Shown: piece after piece, positions 54,603 to 64,000 of the stretch
How positions within the stretch are numbered: position 1 is the stretch's first letter
Layout: each line of letters starts with the position of its first letter
From: Phallusia mammillata
Taxonomy: Eukaryota
DNA length: 64,000 nucleotides
Reading direction: 5' to 3'
NCBI GenBank assembly: GCA_965637545.1
Contig: OZ281498.1
Span: forward strand, 12,338,001-12,402,000
Position numbers and translations under genes: made by a program
Notes under the pieces: model-generated
Told to the model about the DNA's origin: nothing
The model's input: only the letters and a program-made list of their open reading frames with translations
The model's database searches: none

Positions 54603-57266
54603 TCAAGGTACGTCAATATATCGTTTGTTCGTATAACTTCTCATATCACTTTCATTATCGGAGTCATCATCGCTGGACATACTGAGCGAACTTAACGAAA
54701 CCGTATCGATCCGTGCAAGATGTGGAGGTTTCAGGTTTGTAGTTGAAAGTGTGATTATCCGGTCCACCTTCATAAATGGCCTGTCGATGACCAATGCATT
54801 TTAGTTTTACATAGTTTATATTACATAACCCATAGACTTACTTTTGACTGACCATCCACAAGCTAAAAATTACAAGGGAGATCCCTAGCGCCACCCCGAG
54901 GCCAATCATAGTTTGTTTCCAAGGGCCGGATTTTTCTTCCGCTGCCTTCTGCATCTCTGCAGGCGACATTTCACCTTAACGTGTACCTTTGTTACTGCAA
55001 TTAAATTTTAATTTTCTGTCCCATATAATTGCTTTGCAGCAATAAACATATTTAATCTATAGGGGAATAAACATAAACTTACTGACACATTTGGGCATTT
55101 CGTCGCTCCAACTCCCGTTGATGCTACACGTTAAGTTCAAATTACCACTCAGGACAAAACCGTCGTCGCATGAAAACTGAACTGTGGCTCCTTCGCCAAA
55201 TCTTTCATCATTTGCAATTTGAGGAATACCCGGATTTTTGCAGCCAGTCTCTGGAGTGCAAAAAGTTATACGTAAACCGACATTCCTGATTTAAAAGGCT
55301 CCCGTTGTAAAGATGGAAAATGTGGTTAAAAAGAAGCACTGAAGTTTGTCGATCAAGTGGTTTGTCTAAATGACAATTTCATTGAGGTTTACCTATTTCG
55401 CAGTGGTTTCCTTTGAAGTGCGGTCGGCACTCGCAAATGTATTCAGTTTTATTAGCATTAAGAGAACAACTTCCGCCGTTGTTGCAAGGGTCAGATGTGC
55501 AGGGAGTAATTTCCTCAATGATAGCCGCATGTTGCCCAGCTTCGCCGGCATTGGCACTGTCACCATCACCACCTTAACATAATTACAATTGTTTCGGCCA
55601 GCGAAAAAACAAACGAAAACTACAAACACCTAAACATTGACAATAGCAAAGCGCTAACATTAAAACTTATTTGCATTAAGCTGATAACCCAAAACAACGC
55701 GAGTTTTTCATCTAAATACCATATGTACAAGATTTAAGGTAAAACAAAAGACTTGATTAGTTTGGAAACTTATATATAACCTGCATGTGTTTTGTGCTTA
55801 AATTTGTATCTCGCTTACCGATTTCGCAATTGTCCCCCTCAAATCCTTCCAAGCACCTGCATACATAACTTCCAGGTTCTGGTTCGTAACACGACCCTCC
55901 GTTTTGGCAAGGTTCAGAATTACATTCCCTGATGTCAATCTCACATTGCTCTCCGCTGTATCTAAAGATCAAAATAAGCATTACTTTATGTAACTTGCCA
56001 TTAACAATGGCGCAAAAGTGCAAAACATGCAATAGACTTACCCTTCAAGACATTCACACAATGGAAGTGTTCCGGCATCGTTGGTCACACAGTTGCCATA
56101 AATACACGGGTTTGGTATACATGGGTCGTATTCTTCGGTAACTGCAATGAAAAAATACTCCTTCCGTGTGTTACAATGATAGTAGCAAGCTATGCTATTT
56201 GTAAACAACAGTTAAACAGTCGCGGCTTTTGACGCATTGAAACAATACATTTTAGTTTTTGGGCAGTGACAAAGTAAAAAAAATGAAATTTATTGTTCTA
56301 TTTTGGCGTTAAATGCCAACTCAAGGATATTACGATATTTAATACATTCGATATCACTTAACCAGTATAACAAAAGTTGTCATTGCATGTCGTAGCCTAC
56401 ATTTGTATGTAGCAACAAATCCTCTGAAATTTGTTGTGCTGTCGCTACGGAAGTGAATATCAATAGTTCCGGTTCCCGATAATTCTTCTTCTGGCGTGGC
56501 GTATCTGTGATGTTTTTCGTAAAGTTAAAAATTACAAAATCGACATCTTTATAATAGTTACTCACCCGCAAAATAGTCTGGAGCCGATTGAAGCTATAGA
56601 AACATTGACAAAATCAAAGTCGCACGTCACGTCCGAGTCTCCCGCTCCTATTTCAATTTCCATGTCCCAAAATTTAAACTAGAAAAATGTTTACACATTT
56701 TTGACGCTGTCATAACGGATCAAAATAATAAGTTGGGAACATAACGTCCTAACCAGCGACCTACCTGCACAAGCATTTTTTCGGTTCCCTCTCTCCACCA
56801 AAAACAATCCTTGAGTGGCGGATACGTCCCGTTGGGATTGTCATCGTTTGGGTATCCAGGAGTCATGATCTCACCCTCAGTACCGGTCAGTTCACCTCCA
56901 CAAGGTTCGTTTTGGGCTGGGTGCCCTGAGTCAAAGTTGCTGTAGTTTCCATAGTACGGGTAATTGCTGTAATTCCCATTAGGATAGTTGCTGTAGTTCC
57001 CATAGGGATAGTTGCTGTAGTTCCCATAAGGATAGTTGCTGTAATTTCCGTAATAGGGATAATTACTGTAGTTTCCGTAGTATCCACCGTATTGACCCTG
57101 ATAGCCACCATAGTCGTAATTTTGACCTGTGAAAAATCAAATACGCTTTTTTAAAAAGAGGTTCATAATCACAACAAAAAACCGTACGCGAATAAGTTCA
57201 CTTACCAACTGCGGCTTTTAGGACACAGATGCAAAGAATCACGTGGCTTAAAAAAATTCCACACAT
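54603..57266 (-). CDS. Signal-(Tyr-rich repeat)-CUB-EGFx3-Sushi-TM receptor, paralog 2
   Basis: Signal exon 57206-57266 (MCGIFLSHVILCICVLKAAV); exon 56765-57126 (Y-rich repeat + CGGELTG..PGYP); CDFDFV..FCG; HFRSDSTTNFRGF; three EGFs; Sushi ETGCKNPGIP; TM MIGLGVALGISLVIFSLWMV; tail ends YIDVP*. Confidence 0.85.
56933..57076 (-). repeat. Coding tandem repeat, 24/27-nt unit, six copies of GNYSN(YPY/YPN/F)
   Basis: GNYSNYPYY-GNYSNYPY-GNYSNYPY-GNYSNYPN-GNYSNYPYY-GNYSNF, in the frame that joins the signal exon to the CUB domain. Confidence 0.85.
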
Positions 57267-58305
57267 GATGTTACAACTTTCACGTCTCCAAAATGCAGCT
57301 TACTATGAATTGCAACAAGAACTTCATCGAAAAACTTCTCGGATTCAAATCAGCTTTTTGTCTTTATCGATTTTGAGAATCGAACCACAAGTGGGTTGAC
57401 AGTTGACGTAGGAGTTTGGCGCTCCACTGGACAAAGGCGATTAAGTGGACGACGCCGTTGTTGTTGCTAAAAATGTCCACAAAAGACAGGGTATCGAAGT
57501 AACATTCAACAAACGGCAAATAGTCACGAGTTACTTGTACCAGCTTAAAGGGTCCTTGATTCGATTTCTTTGACAATGAAAGTTAAGATAAAGTACCTTG
57601 TTTCAGCATCTTGTAATTCGAAGCAGGTCCTTCCACAACTACGCTTTCGCGTTCTTAACATGAACCGGGACTAATTATCCACTGCATTCGTCACTGGTAA
57701 CGTCACGCCAATCAACAACACAAACAACACGACAAAAGTTTATTTTTCACACATCACTGGTGCTTTTTTCCAAGTGGCCAATTCCCTGCGTTTGGCAAAT
57801 GGAACAATGCAACAATAAAAAAGTGGCAATACGCAAATGACAACAACGACAAAACGTAAGCACAAGGGCGGAACTAAAATAGTACAAATGATACAAAGTT
57901 ATTATATAATACAAAATTACATAATAATCTTTTAGAAACTTTTGTTTATTAGAACAAGTTTTGATTGAACAATCAGCAGTATTATACTTGCCACAATGTA
58001 AAAGATTGGATATTCACGGCGCTTAAGCCCAAGGCGTACATCACAAAAATATCTGTTGTTGTTTTTTCAATAAACTTGCGTGTCAAATTTTATGGGGGAC
58101 AGCATTTTATCGTACAACAACAGTCTATCGGCGAATAATTAAATTGAAAAGAATCAGCAAATACCAAAGTCAAACCATACACGAACCAATATTTTACAAC
58201 ACCCTGTACAAAAAACTTCAGGAGTGTCTGACCTAAAAAACGCTAATCGAAGTAATTGCTGCCCAGTTTAAGACTAATAGGAAATATTTATTTTTGTGAT
58301 GGTTT

Positions 58306-61300
58306 TCAGGGATATTTGCCACCAATGGTCCGACCAGTTCGATCATCTCGAAAAACGTCGTCACTCACAAAACTTAGTTCTGATCTTGTGCGTAAACTAA
58401 AGTTCGATTGCAGTTCGATGTTTTCGCCGTCCAGTTTTACCCATGGTCTGGAAAGTAATATGAAAAAGATTGTTTTAAAAAATCCGACTACTCAGGTACT
58501 GTCTCGATTTAATTCTTGCAGCCATAGTATATATATGTTGGTTTGCGCTATCGTATTTTCACGCTTTATTAAACCACGTAAATTTAAACAATAAAAACGT
58601 TGTACATTGCGATTTAAATATATTACCCTTTGTAAATCATCCAAAAGGTAAAGATAACCAGCTTGACTGCTAGCGCCACCCCGAGGCCAATCATAACGCC
58701 GAGCCAAGTGGAAACCCCATCTTCGTCTGTTGAAGTGGTGTTGCCTTAAAATAACGTTGTTGTAATTTAATGTCTTGAGAATAAAATAATATATATTGTC
58801 AACGTGAAAGCAACAATCAAGCTACAGCTAAAACGGTCAAGAAAAAACGGGGTCCGTTAACCCTCATCTCTTAGCTTTGATTGGAAACAAAATTTATTTC
58901 GTAATAAGTCTTAGTATGACTTACTTATACACTCTGGCATGCTGTGTGACCATGATCCGTCCCCGAAACAAGTCAAATTGACCGGACCTGTCAGAATAAA
59001 ACCTTCAACACAGGAGAACTCAACTGTTGAACCTTCGTCAAAGCGTTTTCTTTCTTCCAAGTAGGGAATTCCAGGGTTTGTGCATCCAGCCTCTGCAATA
59101 AGCAAAATGCGCTCAAAAAAGAAAAAGAGCTACAACACCTTACTTATTATGAGCTGCAAAAGCAAAAAGCAAGTTTATTGACACCTACGTTGAAATTTTT
59201 ATTTGTGCCTACTTTTGATTATTGCATCAAGGTAGGTGAAATGTTATGAAAGGGATCTGCCAACTAGAATCCACTATGAAAACCGTGGGATACAACTTGG
59301 GCTGAGCACCCAGTATAGGCAGCGCTAGAATGTTTGTAACACAACAAGCTGATAGAAGCCTTTAACAAGCTATGCAACTTTCTAGCGCCGCAAGCGGAGA
59401 CCTCTTTGACAAATTTCATCTCGCCAATCTTTGGTGCAAGCGCATCGAAATCCGCCAAAGTCAGAAGGATATTCTTCATCAGCTGCCGCTACCTCGTTAG
59501 GGAGGTCGTCACATGTACCCCCATTCAGACACGGCATAGATTGGCAAGGCGGTAAGTCGGCTACCATCAGTTATAAAAAGTCTTTTTTTTAATCCGCAAA
59601 ACCTTGTTTACATGACAACTAGGGAATTTTACATAAAACATTTTCTTTCCAACCAGATTTGTTTCATATAACACACATTACTGAAAAATATATAAACACT
59701 GCGGCAATATATTATTAAACATACCGATTTCGCAATGGGGACCTTTGTAATGCTCAGCACATTCACATTCAAATGAAAACTCTTCAAAATTGGCGGTGCA
59801 AGTGCCTTGGTTCTGGCACGGGGAACTACTACAGGGCGAATCTTTTTCTGCAATACGATTTAAAAGTGCTAAAATATGCTAAAAATATAAAACAAGAAGA
59901 TATTTTTTTGTATGGTATTTAACTCAAATAAAGCAAAACCAAAACAAGTCGTTTCTCTGTTGAATAGAAAAATTTTGACATCAACATAGCATTAAAAGGA
60001 ATGCCTAATTAGTGTTCGTTTCACATCTCTTACCGATTTCGCAATTTACTCCCTCCCAACGAATCGCGCACCGGCACGCATATTCGTTATGTGTGTCCTG
60101 ACCACAGGTTCCACCGTTCTGACAGGGCTCAGATTCGCATTCATTTATATCAATCTCGCAATTCTCACCGGTCGCACTGAGTCGAAACATGGTAGAAACA
60201 TTTAATATTTAAATGATAAGATGTTGCACAAGTCAGAGTTGCAAAAGATTGTGTCGTACTGGAATGTTACAATGTTTGTCGCCGATTTATGGAAAGGTGC
60301 CACTAAAATTATATTTATGTTTAAGTCGTTGGAAGATATGATTACGTTGGGGTATTACAGCCACCATTGGAGCGCTGTAAAAATGATTTCGGTCCATTAT
60401 ATGCTTCATCCTGTAACTATATTCAGGGAGACAATTGGAAAAAAACAAACCCAGGATCACAGATGCACTTTGGGCGCACGCGATCTTCAGTTCTTCCACA
60501 TTCTCCGGTCACACACGGATTCGGTTCGCAAGGGTCGTAATCGGGGGTAACTGAAGAAAAGAACGAACTGTACAGTGGGCTATTAGAACAAGTTTCAAAT
60601 TTAGACTTTATTTCGCAAAGCTGCGAGTTAATTAAAGCCTATCCGAAGGGTGCCTTATCATCAACAGTGCACTTTGTGACCATGCAGAGATTTTATCGGG
60701 CCTAAAATTCAAGCCCAAACCCGGCCCGAACCCAAGAGTACAAGCCCGAAGCCCAGGCCCGATCGTTTTTGAGAAGCCTGTTCAGGTTGAAAACTTCGAT
60801 CGACAAGCCTATAATAAAGAAGACTTGCAGAATGAAAAATAACATACAACGACATTAACAAGACGTGTTAGTGCTGTTGGGCATGAGGTTATATCCAGCA
60901 ACTAACTACTTACCTGGGTAATTTATATCAAAAATTACTGACACAGAAATTTGAGTCAGGTCCTTATCAAGTCCGTTTGTTAAAATACATAGCCCGAACC
61001 TAGGTTTTTAACAACAAGTTATATTGATAGTTTCATGTGCGTCATTACTCCACAATGACTTAAGTATCATCGGTTATCGGTTTATGTTCGGTTTAGCGCG
61101 TAACTTTGGTTTGGACGTATTTCACAAAATAGCAAGTACCTAGCCCAGGGGTGGGGAACCTTTTTGTTTATAAAGGCCACCAAACGGTTTATCGACACTC
61201 GTTTAGGCCGCATGTACTATTTTCCAGGCCAAGGACAGTGATGTTCAAACTTTTTGACTCACATAATGGTCGTTTTCCTATTTCCCCGTAGAGCTGTAGG

Positions 61301-63705
61301 ACTTACGTTCCAAGCTAATTAAAATTCCTCACTACATTTTCAACTTTAACTAAAACATTCAGGATATATTTAACCTGGAAACTCGCTTGTTTACAAATAT
61401 CAATGATCTAAGAACAGCTTGTGACATCACAGACGAGTCTAAGACATTCCATTGTGCGCAAACAATTGTTCTATTGCAACACAAGTAAGATCGTGGAACC
61501 TTGGGCTCTTGGTAGTTCTACGGAAATCGCTTTGTGTACCACACCAGAACTAATCAAGTAGAAATGTGAAATAAAGGTGAGAAAATACGTTTCTGTCTAT
61601 TTTTCAGCACCTGGTGCCGTTGTAATACCAACGTCATCAAATGTATTTTAACTCCGAAGGCCGCACTTAGAGCCCTAAAAGGCCGCATGCGGCCTTTAGG
61701 CCGCAGGTTCCCCAGCCCTGACCTAGCCACCGCAATAAATTACTGTCAAGGGCTTGTACGATCACGGCTGTCTTATTCTCAAGTGCTGTGTCTTTTGGTT
61801 TTTGACACGCTTAAACCAATTTGAAATTATTGCTTGAAAGTTTTTGATAACACTTCAAGTTTGTTGCGTTCGGTAATAGAAAAAAACATACTTTTGTAGC
61901 TTAACTGAAAACCTCTGTAGCTGACCGAACTGTCACTGTGGAAGTGGATAAATAGCGACCCAAAACCAATTATAACATCTTCCGGGGCAGAATAACTGTA
62001 AAACACCACAAAAAGTTTGAAAACAGGATTATAAATGTACCAACAGGGCTATACAATATTCATAACATCTGTTTATATAGTTCATCAAACCTAAATGTAT
62101 TTTTTTTCCATTGCCGCAAAATGGCGAGAGTCGCAATTTTACAAAACAAACCTCTTCAACAAACAAGTGTGAGAGGACACGAACAAAAATAGCTTAAACA
62201 ATCGCCCATTAGAAGCTTTATCGATTATTTCAAGACGGTGGTTTTGTCTTGTAAGTGAACAAAAACTTAAGCTTTCAAAAGATACTTGGGCGCGAAAACC
62301 TGCAAAGGCTTTTAAATGCTATAAACTCGCCCTATAGCGGTGACTTTATTTCTTGGATTGCAGCGTTGTATTAAGTATGATCATCATTAGTCAAGTTTTT
62401 AATTTTTTTGGCACCAATTATTACATAAATCTATTTACATGTTTAAAATTTTAAATATCTGTTAGAAACCTAAGTTTTTGCATTTATCGATCTGAATGCT
62501 GGGTGTTTATTTTGCACTTTGTAAATTGACGGACCAAGCGTTAAAACAAAAGCTTGAGAAATTATGCATCCTTAATACTTTTGATATAGTTTTTTGAAGA
62601 AGCTAAAAAAATGTTTTGCATTTGTTGCATGTCAAACGCGTACCTCGCGTTTTTCAATACTTATTAATCGTACTTACCCACAGTAATACCGCGAACTTAG
62701 TAAGGATATGGAAACGTTAACAAAGTCATATTCACAGCTTGAGTTGGAGTTTCCTGCACCAATCTCCACAACCAGGTCCCAAAACTTGACCTAAAATGTT
62801 TAAATATGATTAATAATTTAAATGTGAGTTAAGATGAACATCAATTCATAACTGGGATCAGCCCTGAAGCGTCTATGCAGACCAGCGATCACGGCACACT
62901 CATATATAAAATACTTGGTGACCGGCGGATTCGGTATGGCGCCTTTAATGGGCCTGGCGTACTGTAATTTAAATGTGTTTATAGTTTGTTTGTTTTTTCA
63001 GGAGAAGTGTCGTGCTGGTAAAGTTGACACACGAAAGGAAATAAGAACAACTTATCTCCAGGAAGCTGACATAAAATAACATTTTCTGCCAAAAATATGT
63101 TCGTTTTTGTCGAACAGCGCAACAAGTGACCTACAGATATGCGATGATTTGTTGGGTAATTTAAAAAAGGTGTTATAACTTACTACATTTAGCAATAATA
63201 TATGATAAAATAATCTATAACAGTCAGACCTAGCGAAGAACATAGTTTGAATGATTTATCATATTAGTTATGATGAGAAGATACTACGAGCTGATAAAAC
63301 TTCTATGCTGCGGTCTCCAACAGGTGGTAAACTCTTCCCGGAGTGGCCAATTTGACATGGTTTGGAGGAAAATATTGATAAACCTTGTTTGGGCAATTTG
63401 TTTCTAAAGACACTCGGTGGTAATTTTTTTTGGAAATTTGTCTGCGGGAAATCAAGCAAGCAGCTCCAAATGCAAAACCTTAAAAATCGAAAAATTGGTT
63501 ACATCGTTACTAACCAGAATCAAGGTATCTTCGTTGCCATCGTAATTCCATTCACAGTCGGTGTTAAAAGGATACTTTCCCTGAGGATTGTTTCCATCCG
63601 GGTAACCAGGACTTTTAATGAGATTATAAGCTCCCGTGGTTAATTCACCCCCACAGGGACCTTCCGTTGTTTCTTCAGACTCGTTTGTCGTTCCTTCGTC
63701 TTGTG
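58306..63705 (-). CDS. CUB-EGFx4-Sushi-TM receptor, paralog 1 (5' signal exon not found, probably beyond the window)
   Basis: CUB exons 63515-63705, ~62680-62787 and ~61890-62000; EGF exons 59.4-60.6 kb (DINECESEPCQNGGTC); Sushi 58.9-59.1 kb; TM VMIGLGVALAVKLVIFTFWMIY; tail ends GGKYP*. Confidence 0.82.
61146..61720. mobile_element. hAT-type MITE
   Basis: TIRs caggggtggggaacct / aggttccccagccctg; perfect 8-bp TSD acctagcc. Confidence 0.9.
62866..62970. repeat. Fragment related to the SINE-like sequence at 50.1-50.4 kb
   Basis: ggatcagccctgaagcgtc.atgcagaccagc.atc and gattcgg..cgcctttaat.ggcctggcgtact both match the 50-kb locus. Confidence 0.6.
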
Positions 63706-64000
63706 CTGTTCACAAAATTATCAAGTGATATTATATGCTCGTACACGGCTACCTTATTTAAGGTTTATTTACGCTAACAATTAAAAACATTCCCGAACAA
63801 TCAACACTTTCTTTCCGCTGACTACGGAATGCTGGCATCATGCTTGTTTTTTATTATCACGATAACACGGCTAAGAGAACCGCACCTGGTCATACAAAGA
63901 CACTGAAACTAAGCGAAGTAACAATGCATACATTTTTGTTACTCAACTCAATCATATCAAATTTCAAACCTTAAACAATAATTTCAAAAACTATGTTTTT

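Noticed and set aside
56887-57111. ORF-track Thr-rich peptide (TTATIPMG repeats)
   Set aside because: This is the wrong frame; splice phases put the GNYSNYPY frame in register with the signal exon and CUB domain.

Overview
AT-rich eukaryotic genomic DNA with short GT-AG introns. The compact gene layout looks like an invertebrate chordate such as an ascidian; that is inference only. Gene models were assembled by hand from splice signals and reading-frame phases. Left to right: (1) a monoglyceride-lipase-like gene (-) lying only ~125 nt downstream of an intronless PIGW CDS (-), a candidate trans-spliced operon; (2) three small orphan + strand genes, one starting MGCCC and two related 2-TM Cys-rich proteins with PPxY motifs; (3) a ~31 kb CHD1/CHD2 chromatin-remodeller gene (-) with two candidate alternative last exons and a uORF overlapping its putative start; (4) a 7-exon C-type-lectin/GAIN/7TM adhesion GPCR nested antisense in the CHD intron between chromodomain 2 and the helicase; (5) three tandem paralogous signal-CUB-EGF(3-4)-Sushi-TM receptor genes (-), one with a Tyr-rich GNYSNYPY repeat. 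Introns carry three hAT-type MITEs with perfect 8-bp target duplications, a Helentron/DINE-like non-autonomous family and tRNA-derived SINE fragments. No rRNA, intact tRNA or CRISPR array was seen.
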